Origin: Phoronis australis
Lineage: Eukaryota; Animalia; Phoronida
Length of the DNA stretch: 64,000 nucleotides
Assembly (NCBI GenBank): GCA_002633005.1
Contig: NMRA01000028.1
Location: 1,396,753-1,460,752, forward strand
Direction of reading: 5' to 3'
Below the pieces are notes generated by a model. The model worked only from the letters and a program-made list of their open reading frames with translations. It searched no databases and was not told the DNA's origin. Of this stretch, positions 26,850 to 40,300 are shown one piece after another. Made by a program: the position numbers and the translations under genes. Position 1 is the first letter of the stretch, and each line of letters starts with the position of its first letter.

Positions 26850-28463
26850 AGGCGAAGGCAACCTTTTTCATGTCACTTTTAGCAACAGGGTTCGGTGATT
26901 ATCCCAGACACATTTTTCACTTAATTACAGCTTTTCGTAATTTGATTAATTTCTCGTCCTCTACTCATTAAGTGACGTTTTGGGAGGCAAGAGTTTCGCG
27001 CCAATTTCTTTTCATTATAGTCTGACTGTGAAGGATGTCGAGCCACTCATTGTTCTCGGTCGTCGTTTGCTTTTGTTTACAAGTCAGTCAACATGCCACG
27101 CTGTTGCTGCGTGCCGGGATGTACTCATTATCGCCTCACACGCGCTTTGGGTACCTTACGTCGCTTTCCGAAGGATGACACACTTCGCCGTAGTTGGCTA
27201 GCTCGTTCATGTGAAGAACGCAGCGCTACCCGTCCACGCAACGTACAAAAAAATGGAGGGTTACCGAGTGTGTGGCAAGCATTTNCTCTACTCAGGAAGT
27301 GACGTTTTGGGAGGCAAGAGTTTCGCGCCAATTTCTTTTCATTATAGTCTGACTGTGAAGGATGTCGAGCCACTCATTGTTCTCGGTCGTCGTTTGCTTT
27401 TGTTTACAAGTCAGTCAACATGCCACGCTGTTGCTGCGTGCCGGGATGTACTCATTATCGCCTCACACGCGCTTTGGGTACCTTACGTCGCTTTCCGAAG
27501 GATGACACACTTCGCCGTAGTTGGCTAGCTCGTTCATGTGAAGAACGCAGCGCTACCCGTCCACGCAACGTACAAAAAAATGGAGGGTTACCGAGTGTGT
27601 GGCAAGCATTTTCTGTCGTCAAATTACGACAGAGATATGTACGCTGAATTGATGAAGGTCCCTGCGAAACAACGCCTGAAGAAAGGTACCATACCCGCGT
27701 CGCTGTTGATTCCCGGCAGTGCCCCGTCGCCAACCCCGAGAAGTGCGTTTTTGAAGCGAGAAGCCTCGCGAGCTGTGGCCACTATATACAGTGACTGGAG
27801 GCACTTCATCTACTCTCACCCGTGCCTCCGAGCGTACCCCATTGCGTGCAATTCCGGGAACTAGCAGTGATTCGCCCTGTGATGTCTCTAGCCCAGAGCC
27901 TGTAAGCATCCCTGCAGCGATGTTGAGTAGTGGGAGTGAATACATGCGCACTTCGACACCCAGTGAAGAGGACAGTTCGTCATCCAATGAACAGATCGGT
28001 GAGCCTAAGTTTGATAAGTTTATTGTGGACTTGTATTGGAGCTATTTAGAAGGTGCCAGATGTGTGGCGAGGGAGTCACACGGCGGGATCTAAGCAGTTT
28101 GGGTGCTCAGATCACCCTCCACTTGGAGTGTGTCGCGGGACACTCGGGCAAGTGGGACAGTTAGTTCTTCCTCTGGACGTGAGACGATAATGAGTACACC
28201 CCAGTACACAGCAACAGCGTGGCATGTCGACTGACTCGTAAGCAAAAGCAAACGACGGCCGAACTTATCACAACCGAGGTAGAACAATGACTGACTACAT
28301 AAAAAGAAATTGGCGCGAAATTCTTGCCTCCCAAAACGTCACTTCCGGAGTAGACGACGAGTAATTAGTTAAATTACGAAAAGCAGTAAATAAGTGAAAA
28401 ATATGTCTGGGATAATCAACGAACCTCATTTTTGCTAAAAATGACCTGAAAAAAAGTTGCCTT
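26850..28463 (+). mobile_element. Internally deleted Kolobok DNA transposon with ~290-bp TIRs
   Basis: Left end TTAA|AGGCGAAGGCAAC; 28175-28463 is the diverged reverse complement of 26850-27141; THAP plus KFIV...LELFRRCQMCG Kolobok-transposase-like motif inside; the right tip and TSD are missing. Confidence 0.82.
27420..28070 (+). pseudogene. Frameshifted THAP-domain transposase N-terminus (partial allelic duplicate at 27093-27284)
   Basis: MPRCCCVPGC..RFPKD..RRSW + (frameshift) RVCGKHF..RLKKGTIP = C2CH THAP; then a Ser/Thr-rich linker and a CxxC motif. Confidence 0.85.
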
Positions 28464-28982
28464 GGTACATGGTGGGTGGTCTTTTCCTACAGTTGCTGGG
28501 TAAATCGCCTAAAGCGTAGGTCACGCTCAGTTGCCGTTTAACAGATTTTCCAATGGCTTTTCAAATTTTGCGAGAAATATTTGAGGGCTGTCGAGGATTA
28601 CAAAGTATTATTTTGTTTCAGAGGATTAGAAAGGAACGTAATTTTATATACAGTATATATACATATGCGTATGCGTATACGTATATGTAAATATCTGTTT
28701 TAACATAAACCGGGTTTGACATCCTTTTAACGAAGAAAATATGAGGACTATACATAACATACACACAATTTTTTACAGAGAACCAATTATGATTAAAATG
28801 GCGTTACTGTAGCAGCGGTCGTAAAAGAAACGTTTATCACTGATGAGTTTGAAACTTCATAATTCATCAAGCCATATAATCTCGAATGTTTTTTAACGAA
28901 AATTAAAATTTCGATGTGTTTTCTCAAAAAATCCAAGAACAGTATTCTTGAAGATAGTTCATTTAGCAAGTATTGTATATGA

Positions 28983-29129
28983 CACGGGCGGCACACCATA
29001 GGGGACTGGGGGGGGGGGGCTAATAGCCCCACTTTTTCAGTGCTGCGCCGCCCATGGTCTATAGGCGGTACACTACAGGGGGCTGGGGAGCTATAGCCCC
29101 CCACTTTTTTCAGTTCTGCGCCGCCTATG
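28983..29129. mobile_element. Dimeric MITE (two ~75-bp units) with one 5-bp TSD TATGA
   Basis: tatga|cacgggcggc...gccgcccatg gtc tataggcgg...gccgcctatg|tatga. Confidence 0.8.
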
Positions 29130-30092
29130 TATGAAGACGGAGTTGTCCACAGGGTATTGCCGGGAGTATGATTTTTTGAGTTACGGAGTATCTCGTGCTA
29201 TCCTGTTTGCCTGTCAAGCTTATGCGAACATGCCTTCGGGAATTGCTAAAAATTATATCCCAGTAACTTGAGGATTTGAAAAACGCACAATGCCGCTTGT
29301 CAATATCGCCGATTGAGCGTTCCCCTGCTGCCTTCACATACACGGAATTCTCTTTCTTGTCCTTACGGATCGCCAAATCTAGTCATAACCACTCGCAAGC
29401 GTCCTTACTAAAATAACTCGTCACAAAACGCAACACCTCGCACTCGCACATCGTGGAAGGAGTTGCAGATTTTTTACATATCAAACGTCTTCTAGTGATA
29501 GTCAGCGCGGATTGACCGTAAATAACACGCAAAGGTTGGCAAACGACTCCCAACAAAACCGTAACCATTTGAATGCTCGTATAACTACTCGCAAGAATTG
29601 TATTCCGGTTACGAATTATTCGACGATTTTTTTAGGAAACATTTAAAGCGTCACGGTAACGACTCTTTCGGGATTTGAACGTAGCTAAGGTAACTTACAC
29701 GACTAGCGTCGAAGAATTCGCTACAATAAGCTGGAAAGGCGTAAACTATATTACCGGCCGAATCAACTCTTACGGTACAACTGATGTTGACTCTGAATCG
29801 TGAAAAGTTGCTGTCAGTAACATACAACGTCAGTCGTCATAACTCGTAACCACGTAAAGTACATCGTCGCACTGAAAAGTAGCCAACTCGTAAGGATCCG
29901 TGAATTTTTGCTGGTGCGTAATAAAAATCCCGCGCCATCGAAGCGGGTAAGACGACCAGCCTACTTTCGCCCCGGGTAGTGTTTTCTCGGCAATAGTTTC
30001 ATTGCGGCGCATGGTCAGCTCGATCCCGACGATAACTATCGTAACTTTTTACCCACCCGGCCCGGTTGAGGGTTGGTAGACCTTAAACAAAC

Positions 30093-30944
30093 CAAGGACC
30101 AATATACTCCCAGGTGAACACCGCGCCGAATGGCCCCTCAGGGCAGTGAGGCTTCCATATCCCACATATGTAGAGGCTGCTCCTTCCTCAGTTCTCAGAA
30201 CCTATGCGGCAATTAAGTACCGGCGGAGCATGTCCGTGTAATTTTTTTTTGAAAGATGCTCTGCCGAGAAGCATTTTAAGCATTTCTAAGACGGATTTAT
30301 AGAACACATTACATGTGGTCGGGAGCACAGTGAATTCAATTATTCCGAAACCATGGGCCGGAGATTTCTTATTCAATGGGAGCCGCTCTGCACATGGCAC
30401 ATGCTCCCTAGGAGTAATATTCACCGTCGTCGTTTTGAAAACCTGAGTGCGTACTCGTGACACGCGCACGTACGCGCCATTTCCTAAAATTTTGTGATAC
30501 TCTCGAGAGTTTGTTCTGAAATTGGGTTTTCTGGTATTAAAATAGTAAAAACTTGTAACGAAATGAAACCACTTCCGATTTTGACATGTACGCAACCTCA
30601 CAGTTGATTGAAGATCATGGAAATTTGGCCAATAGGTGACGCAATGGCGTCTAAAGAGCGGCCCATGAATTTTATACGCGAAAGAAACCGAAGGGAACGA
30701 AATTAAGCCGATGAAGTGACGTCACCAAGGCCAGTACGAAACTGGTCACCCTCCCTCTGCGTCCACGAAAAAGCGTCTCGCGAGAAAAAAAATAGTACAC
30801 CTCGAATCAAAATAGGGGGCCGGTGCAATACCTGGGACTAAGGCGGTGCCGAAACGGGCGCAACGAAGGTCTGTAGTGTGCAAACGATGCATTTCATATA
30901 ATAGATAGATAGTAGATGGATAGATAGATAGATATTGGTCCTAG
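30093..30944. mobile_element. Old P-like DNA transposon remnant just upstream of TM9SF2
   Basis: Left caaggaccaatatactcccaggt; right acctgggacta[~92-bp insert including (GATA)n]tattggtcctag; no clear TSD. Confidence 0.5.
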
Positions 30945-31137
30945 GGACAAGTAATCCGCACCGTTTAATAAGTTTCTTTATAATTGTATCATCTCATTGA
31001 GCTGGAAGTGGTCCGAGAATGAAGGGAGTGGCCCAAGTGGGGAAACAGGCGGGAACTGTCGGTAATGGCCGATTTATTGCGGATGAATCCAATCCCACAA
31101 TGCATTTGGTGACGTGTAATTAGACAACGGCCATTGA
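30600..31137 (+). promoter_or_regulatory. Putative TATA-less housekeeping promoter of TM9SF2
   Basis: CCAAT (~30629), perfect CRE TGACGTCA (30717-30724), ETS-like GGAAGT (~31005), E2F-like GGCGGGAA (~31048), ZNF143/Staf-like ATCCCACAATGCA (~31092), TGACGTG (~31110); CpG-richer than the downstream introns. Confidence 0.5.
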
Positions 31138-31302
31138 ATGACGGTAGAAAGATTGCTTATACGCTTTCCTGACATGCATGCCTCTAAAGGAATTCTTTTT
31201 CTTTTGGCAGTTTGCCTGATTTCTAGTTGTAGTGCGTTCTACTTACCAGGACTCGCCCCGGTAACGTATTGCAAGTCGGAAACTACAGAGAAGACGTGTC
31301 AG
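31138..31302 (+). CDS. TM9SF2: TM9SF2 exon 1 (signal peptide, [13 protein letters not shown]...TCQ)
   Basis: Ends CAG|gtaatc, phase 0. Confidence 0.93.
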
Positions 31303-34300
31303 GTAATCCCGAAATCACTCGAATCACCGGTGTCAAATCTTGTTTTATAATTTATATCCCCAACTACCCAAGTCGTTCCTGCGTAGGTGTCTAAATTAAC
31401 TAAGTTAACTCGAACTGATGGAGAACTTAAGTTACCTCGACCGAATGAAATAACAGGCGTTATTCAGTGGAGGGACTGGTTCTTATCACTTCTAGGCGGT
31501 AACGCTTTCACTTCTTCAAAAATCTGCCGACGTTCCAACCACAACCACAGGCACTCGTCTCTTGACAGCCGCTTGATGTGATAGACCTACTATAATGAAG
31601 AGAAAGGTACACAACTGCAATCCAATATGGACGCCCACCTGGCACTTTTTGACATTATTCAAAGCTTGTCAATCTAGTAGTTATTTACATCACACATCAG
31701 GGCTCGACATAACGAGCTGCAGGTCGCATTTGCGACCTGAAATTTGGAAATGCGAGCTGAGATTTTTGTCAGCTCGTATCAAGTCGCAAAATGCGACCTG
31801 GAATTTCCAACGAATGCGAGCTGAGTTTTTACACTTCTCAACAGTTACCTGGCACATACAAAGCAGCTCTTGTTAATCCGACCGTTATTTGGTCGTTGCC
31901 AAATCCAAGTTCAAAACAACACTAACGAGAACAGCCCTCCCNTTCTTATCACTTCTAGGCGGTAACGCTTTCACTTCTTCAAAAATCTGCCGACGTCCAA
32001 CCACAGCCACAGGCACTCGTCTCTTGACAGCCGCTTGATGTGACAGACCTACTATAGTGAAGAGAAAGGTACACAACTGCAATCCAATATGGACGCCCAC
32101 CTGGCACTTTTTGACATTATTCAAAGCTTGTCAATCTAGTAGTTATTTACATCACACATTTTATGTGCGACTGCAACTGGTTTACTAATTACATTTCTTT
32201 ACACGAAAACTAATAAATACTATACCCTCCAGATTTTCCTAGTTTAGTTGGCCACATTCATGGCAGAGCATCTTGGTTGATGACCTGCCCCGTTTATGTC
32301 AGCCCTCCTGATGACTCATAAGCATTTCGTGTGAACATTGGATAATGTAGGCAATGACCATCGCCTCTGTTGGCCCGACCAGAGGCGATGCAGCTCCTAT
32401 AGGCGCTCCATACACCGGAAGCTTTTCGGCGAATTATGCCTCGCACTGGCTAAAGCATGAAAGTCACGCTGTTATAAATACCTTTTGCGCATAGAGGGAC
32501 ACCTTAGGAGGTTGTTGGTGCGTTTAACTCGAACAAATACTCTGGAGTTCCAAATAGTAGTAGACACAGCAATAATAGTATAGACTGGAAAGTTTCACGA
32601 TTTTTAATAATAGTAGAGACTCTAATAATAGTATAGACCCAACATTTTTGCCACTAGAAAAGTAGAATAATAGTAAAGACCGGAAATTGTCGAAAAAAAT
32701 TAATAATAGTATAGAATGGAATAATGGTATAGATGGCAAATTTGTGGAAATTTAAACATAGTATAGACTGGAATAATAATATTGGTTTCAAATTTAGGTA
32801 AAATCTAATAATGATACAGAAGAGAATAATAATGCAAAACAGCAAATTCCAAGGAGTAATGGTATAGACGGGAAATTTGTGGAAAATTAAAAATAATATA
32901 GACTGGAATGATAACATTGATTACAACTTAGCGTAAAACCTAGTAACGGTAGATGGAAATAATAGGAAGTGCAAAATCTAATAATGATGTAGATGGGATT
33001 GGAATAATAATGCAAAGAAGCATATTCTGTCTGACTTACCACCACTATAAGTAATTGTTTCAAAGAAAATCTTTTAAATTGAACATTAGCATAGTTAAAT
33101 TATTGCAGTGGCCATAACATAGTACAGTGAAGTGGAATAAAGTGTCATTGCTAAAACAAAGACCATTCGTTTATTCAATAACTTTAAATGGAAGTCTATA
33201 TAGATGTGTTTCAAACACTGAACAGTATGCGTTATCATTTTACTCAAAAAAGAATGTGTCATTCATACTAGAGATGCCAATGTCGACTAAGTCCAAAAAT
33301 TATAACAAGGAGGTAAAGATTTCAGCAGCAATGTCCAGTCTTCCACGAAGCCGACAGTCTGAATAAAGACAATAACGTGTCTTGGTAAAACGAGTCGCAT
33401 TTTTATCATACATATTCCTGACAGTCGAGCCTTTGTTTCTCTCAATCTCATGTCTTGCACAACGTTCATAGTCAATACCCTCGGAATGTTAGTCAGAATT
33501 CGACGTCAAAAAGTCGGTACATCCAAAATTTTACACGGCCAGAAATTGAGATTTCTTGCAGAATTGCAAAACATTCGAGTCCACGACCACAACTACGTCC
33601 ACCATCTTGAATGTCTAATTAGGTATAATAAACAAACCGATTCACATGCACTTTCAATATCTTATTACTGCAAATACTCAGGTTAACGACTATGCTCACA
33701 TATGCGTCTATCACTGCGTACTCCCTACCTTTGAAATGTTTCATAAGCGCTCACTGCTCTACTAAGCCTTTCCCCTCAACTTTTGAGAATTTACAATTAA
33801 GCGCCCATAGTTCAGGTTAGCACCCATCATAGCTCTGTACAAACGACCGAGCGTGGTTTAAAATTGACACACAGCCTATGTAGTGAGTCACACTCAAATT
33901 CTACACAACAACATTAAAAAAAAATCTTTTCTCAATGTGTAGAAACCAAACACCGTCTTTGTTTTCTACCTCCGAAAGAAAGTTAATAGTAGTGACCTAT
34001 TTCTCCCCTACATGCAATGTATGGAGGAGCAAACTCAAATTACCAATGGAAACCCTCACAGTCGGGAATTATTTCGAGGCTTTTCATTTCACGTAAAACT
34101 GTTTGTTGAGTATGTAATCAGCACAAGTCCAACATTTTGCACTGAATTGTTCCAGCACATCCGAAAATGTCATTTGGCTAGTTCAACGTTTCTTGGATTT
34201 TTTCTATAGGATGTTTGTCATACGTCGAGTTAAGTTGTACTTAGAGTTAGTTTGGATCTTTAATGACTGAAGGGTCATGTAGCAGGTCAGATTTAGCAAA

Positions 34301-37300
34301 ATTGCGGATACTTTTCAATGAGTATTTTCTCCCTTTTCACATTTCAAACTTAGCTTCTCGAATGTACGTGTCAGTTAGAGAGCACTGATTCAACTTTCAC
34401 TTTGGCAAGTAGCCTTGCACTTTAGAGCCTTTGAATGGCGGTGGTGAAGAACTCTGCTTCTACCGTTGCTTTTTTAGTTGATGTAAGTGTTCTGGTGATG
34501 TGAGCGGCCTGATGAAATGAGCATGTGCACAATTTAACATAAATGGAGCAGGTGGTCGGCCATGAAATTTTGCCGTGAATGTTGCCGATTGAATTAGGAA
34601 AATGTGAGGGTACTAAAATTATTGGTGTTGATGTCAACAAATATAATCAGTGAACGTGTTGCAGTTGCAGATAAAATGTGTGACACAAATTACTCCCAGA
34701 TTGACGTGCTTTAAGTTGTTCTGATAGTGCCTGGTAGATGACTTTATTGGATAGCAGTTTTGTACCTTTCTCTTTATTATTCTATGTCGTCAAGCTGCTG
34801 ATTAAAGGTGTCTGTGCACAGAGACTTGAACCAGGGTTTACCTTTGAGAGCTGAGCATCCAAACCATTTGTGAGGAGGCAATTGCCAAGCAGTTTGTTGA
34901 GGTTTTATCGGCAGTCACATTGTAGAACATTTTGCCAGAACCATGTTTGAACCAGGCCTTTGTGCAGCGTACGTCCTGGGAGTCTAAATGGACACCCTAG
35001 CACCAATCTGGACGCCCTGGCAAGGATGCCCAATGTATCATTTGGACACCCACTGTCAATAGGAACCTTTCAAGTTTGGACTCAACATATTGTAATGAAT
35101 ACTAAGAAGCCTCTGAAGGCTCATTACATAGTGGGGACTGTTTTTTCAGAGCAGGAAGAAATATACAATGTATATACAAAGTATATACAATGTTGCTATG
35201 CTCACTCTTGGTTGATACCATTGTAAAAGTCTTGGTCTACAGTTTTTTTGGTAAAAATGCTCACTAAAGAAGGCTGTTTTGTAAACTTAAATGTAAAAAC
35301 TTTGGTCTATGCATTTTTTGTAAAAACATCTGTGTGTTTGGGGGGATTGCTGGGGGTGGGGTGTTACACATTGGAATCATGGACGCCCTGGAATATTGGG
35401 AACCCTATTTTGGACACCCTATTTTCGAAATCCTGGATAAAGGCCTCAGGGTTGGCTATGTGATAGCCGAGCATCCAAACCGTTCAGCCAAAGAGACAAT
35501 TGCCTCTTGGCAAGCGATTTAGAGAGGCTTTTTATGGCTGTATGTCACACGTGGAAGTCATGTTTCACAACACTCCTCCCCTTCCACGAAACAGGCATGC
35601 ATCTTGGCTGCAGATCTCGCCAACACCCTGCTATCTTGGAATTTGCCCTCACCAACATTATAAACACAATGAAATGCCAAACACTGCTTTATCCCAGCAG
35701 CATCCCACTATGATAACATGTGACTGATGCACGTTGGATAGCTGTGGGTCAAGTTCAGAGAGGGAGCAGGAATTGGCGATCCATCATGGAATGTTCACAA
35801 CTGTTCTGGCCACACGTACAAAATTTGAAACCTTGGAAGTGATTCAATGTAGCATTTAGCCTAATCTTGCACCATAAGTGTGAAATTGTGTGAGTCCGTG
35901 CATCAGTGCTGCTCTGGAATTAACTTTTGAAAACACCACAGCTGAGTGTGAAGCTGTGAAGTTATTGAAACATAATCATTCATGGGAAATTGGTAATTCC
36001 CATCATGTCTGGCGTACATCCATTACATAAAGAGTGTGGAATAGAATAGTTATTGGCGTACTGGTGACTGTCAAAAGATCGACGATGTCTGTCAGATAGT
36101 GCTAAAGTCTTAACTGAACTAGCGAAGCAAGCTGAGTCTGTTCCAAGTGTGGAAGAGTTTCAGCAAATTACACCTGATGCGGGCAAAGCCATTTAACACT
36201 ATAAAGTATCTTTTGAGCTTAGGAACAACTTTAGAATCAGTGTCCAAATACCATGGTAATCGAAATTTTTTTTTGATGCTTCCAATCCTCAACGAAATCA
36301 TTGGACAGGTGTATTTATTTGTCAATGAAGATTTTCGGGGTGCCTATCCCAGAAGTCATCTATTCTCTTCTCGATCAAGAAAATTGTCGCTTTTATGGGA
36401 GAAGTTTTGTATAATGTGTTTTTTGCCAAGAAATGGCCAAAGGTATTATGACTAAGCAATAATTACATTATTATTGCTATTACCAGCTGTACTAGACATG
36501 TTAATTAAACTCACTCTTATTGATTTTGTTGTCTTTAAGATATATTGACATTTTTGTCTTCTTCAGGAAAGAATTCGTCTTCGTGTAAATCGCCTTGATT
36601 CTGTTGAATCGGTTCTGCCCTATGAATATGAAGGGTGAGTTGAAATTTCTATACAAAATCTTTTTAATTGGGTGTGACTTTGCATATCCAATAGATTTCA
36701 TCTAGTTTTGAGTTTGACGTACTCGTCTTTCATTCGTGATTCAACATTTGAATTATAATGAAGTGTTTATGAAATGAATGACTATAATGTGTGTTATTAT
36801 ACATTTGGTTGCCAACAAAAGTGGAATGTAAAAAAATTGTCTTTAGCATCTCGGAAATTGTTTCAGGTGGTTTGTTGCTGTCTCTGATCAAAGAATTGGT
36901 GTGATAGAGCCCGTTGAAAGTGTCTTTGTTAAATTTCACTAAGCTTCTAAGAGCGTTTTCTGTCTCAAATGTTTTTTTTTGTGGTACTGCTTGCTTCAGT
37001 TGTACATTTTGTATCTATTCACTGGTGTCAGCCTTATTGGATTCATTGCGACACAAGACAGCGTGTCACATATATTTGGACTCTGTATGTCTTGGGTGAG
37101 TGGTTGTACACAGCATGTGCTCATGTGACTTCACACTTTGCCCTGAATCCCATTCACTATTCTGTAACCTCGTGCTTGCTCTCCATTCCAGGTTTGACTT
37201 TTGTGGCATTGACAAGAAGGCGACGCCAAGTGAAAACTTGGGCCAGGTCGTGTTTGGAGAAAGAATTCGTACTTCCACGTACAACGTACGTCGTCGTAAT

Positions 37301-40300
37301 ATTTGAATTTCTGGGAGATGACCTGGCCTGGGGTCTAATCTTTGTATCCAAAATCAAACTCAAAATTATTTAACATTTTCCATTCAACTTTTGTACAAAT
37401 TCTGGATACGTGTCTATCATTCAGTACTTGAGTACATTATGGTTCACGTGGATGTCTCTAGTCCTAGTTTGCACTTGTGGACCCCAACATTAAGGTATAT
37501 ATATAGTGTCGATTCCAGTTTTGAATTTTTACTTTAAAGTGAAACTTACACGCTAATTCCTAAATTCAAATTCGTTAGAAACAAAGCATATAGCAACGGT
37601 GTGATTATGAAGTACATTTAAAATTTCCAAATGTTTTTGAGAACGAGTTTTGTGTCAAAAATAATCCACCGAAAATCACTCAACCGTATCCAGTAAGTAT
37701 CATGACATGGTGTTGGGGAATAACACTGCATGATGCAGGTTATGTGAGCCCTCAAGGTACGTCATTAGTGCAAAGGTCACCTGTTTGCAGAATTTTTTGT
37801 TTTCACATTTAAGTTGTCAATAACTGCACTTAGATTAGCATAGATGATGTTCAAATGACATTGTCGTTTAGTTCCTGCTATACAATAGCGTAGTTAGTTT
37901 GTTACTGGAATCTGGGAGTCATCAAATGTGAACTTGGACTAGATACTTATCTGCACTCAAACACACAAACATAGATACTTGTGTGGAGTTTGTACCCACA
38001 GATCGGAAAATAATCTCAAGTTCATTTTAGTGCTCAAAATTAGACCCAGGGCCCCTGGTTTGATGAATTTGGTAGTTCTTTCATCACAAATAACTTTAAT
38101 TAGGAAGTGGATTTTTTGCAAACTTCTTACAGGCACCTTTGTGCAGAATTAGCAACCTTGACTTGCAGACAAAACAGAATATTACTCCTAAACTCAACTG
38201 TTAGAGCAATGCCTTGGTTGGAACTATCAGAATAACAGTAAAATCTTCTGACAGGTTGGCAGAGAATCATATTTTTGTTTTTCAATTCTAACAGTAGGTT
38301 GCTTAGAAGTACATGTTCACAACATTGCCCATTATGTCCCAAACATTCATGGCAACTTATGATAGGCGGTATCATTACCAATATGCCTCTTTGAAGCTTT
38401 TAGTGGTATTACATGGGCAATACACCTTCTCCTTATTTATAAAAATGTTGATTAGATTGTGGGGGGCGGTTGCTTTCAGTGAGATAGGAGTCAAGTTTCC
38501 TGACTATTTGAATGCATGTATTAGTACAATAGCGTAAAAATCCAAACATGGTGCAAACTGCATGTTGTTTTGTTGTTTGCATTGGTTAAAAATATTCATA
38601 ATTCGTTGTTGTCTTCTGTGATGATGGCAAAACACAAGAGAAGTTACTTACTAGAAGCCTTTAAGTTAGTTAGATAGATTTTGACGATAAAGTACATGTC
38701 AGCAAGTCTGACCCCATGATTTAAAAGTACATATGCACAAATTTTGTGCAACTTAAAATGGATCTATTCTTACTAATTACTTGATCAATTTTTATTCTGA
38801 CAATGGGCAAATATGTTCTGAGCGTCAAGAATACGGTTGACGATGATTTGACGAAGTCAACTTCTGTGGAGCCTCCTAGTGGCAGTTATGTTTTCTTGCA
38901 CCCATAGCCTCCAAGTGGCAATTCGTTTTTTGTCCGTTTTCTTCAGTTTCTCAAGTTCCGTGACAGATTTATATGAAATTTGGTAAATAGCTTTGATGAC
39001 ATATACCAGTTCTTGGATGGATTCTACGTATTTTGCGCTATCTACTGGCCATTTTTATGATACAAATAAATACCTAAGAAGTACACCTCTTTTCTGCTCA
39101 TTTGTGGGCGCATTTCAGCGCTCTACGTTGCTCTTGTTTACTATGTTTGCATTGTCGTTTTTAGATAACATATATGAAGGAAGAGAAATGTAAGATTGCC
39201 TGTGAAAGAACATACAAGGGTGGCGATGAGAAATTGAAGAAAATCCTGCATGCGATCAAACTGAACTACCTACATCACTGGTGAGTGACAGCTGGCAATG
39301 TGTTGGTCTACTAGTAGTGTCATCTGCCTACATTTTGGTCCACCGCTGATAAATGCTTGTTGTAATACATCAAAATCACCATGTTAGAGATTTTAGCTGT
39401 ACGTAGGTTGTACAATGCTGAATGTTTTCCAGTCGATATGAGTGGACATTAGTATCTGTGATGTCCTCTAGGATCAGTTAATGTTTAACTGGATGTATTA
39501 GACTGAATTTATTTGTTACAAGACTTAGGACTCTGTGCGTTGATCTTTTGCTGAGGGTCAGTAAACATTGTCGCATATATCTGCATCAGAGAGTGATTTG
39601 GTTTCAGTTGCTGTGCAATTTTACAGCATGTGCACTATCCTGTTGATTTGTGCGTTATGTTTTTCTATCAGTAAAACAGTAGCAACCCTTTGGACATGAC
39701 TCAGATGTAATCAACCCATTTGTAGAGTGTAGATTTTCAACTTTGGCTTCTTAACACTATTGAGGATTGACCATGTGTTGCAGGATCATTGACAACATGC
39801 CTGTCACCTGGTGTTATGAGGTGGAAAATCAGAGCAAAGACCCACACAAACAATACTGCCAACCGGGTCACCCTATTGGCTGTTATGTGACTTCTACTGG
39901 ACAGCGTAAAGATGCTTGTGTCATCGACGTAAGTTTAGTTAAGACCGATATTGTTTTTTCTGCTTACTTTTGTGACACAATGCTGGGATTTGGGTGTGAT
40001 GGTTTGTCAGGTCATGTGCTATGTTTGGCAGTACCCATCAAAACTCCACAGAAACTTTCCAAGACATCGCCATGGAAGAGACCAGTCTATGAATACATCC
40101 TAGCTGGTGATCTTTTGAATGCACCCTGAATGATCTGTCATTTGGAGGGACTTTCATGACCCTTGACATTTTGCATGGGATGGATATTTAACTTGAGCTT
40201 ACTCAGACTAGCTCAGTGAGTGGTGCAGAGCTTTGGTGTTGAAACCCTTCTCCTTTTGCAATTGTGTCTTCAAAGGAACTAGGTTTGAGACTGTTTGCTT

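Noticed and set aside
27570-27585. Programmed frameshift at the A7 run in the THAP ORF
   Set aside because: The shift position is ambiguous and the element has further frameshifts and a large deletion; simple decay is more likely
26960-27610. Real tandem duplication of the THAP start
   Set aside because: Near-identical copies abut a single N (27285), as at the other junctions, so this is most likely a contig/haplotype overlap
29380-30060. Region with recurring ataactcg/tacga motifs
   Set aside because: Probably subterminal repeats of an old transposon, but termini and period could not be defined
32305-32340. Hammerhead at ctgatga
   Set aside because: No stem II followed by GAAA
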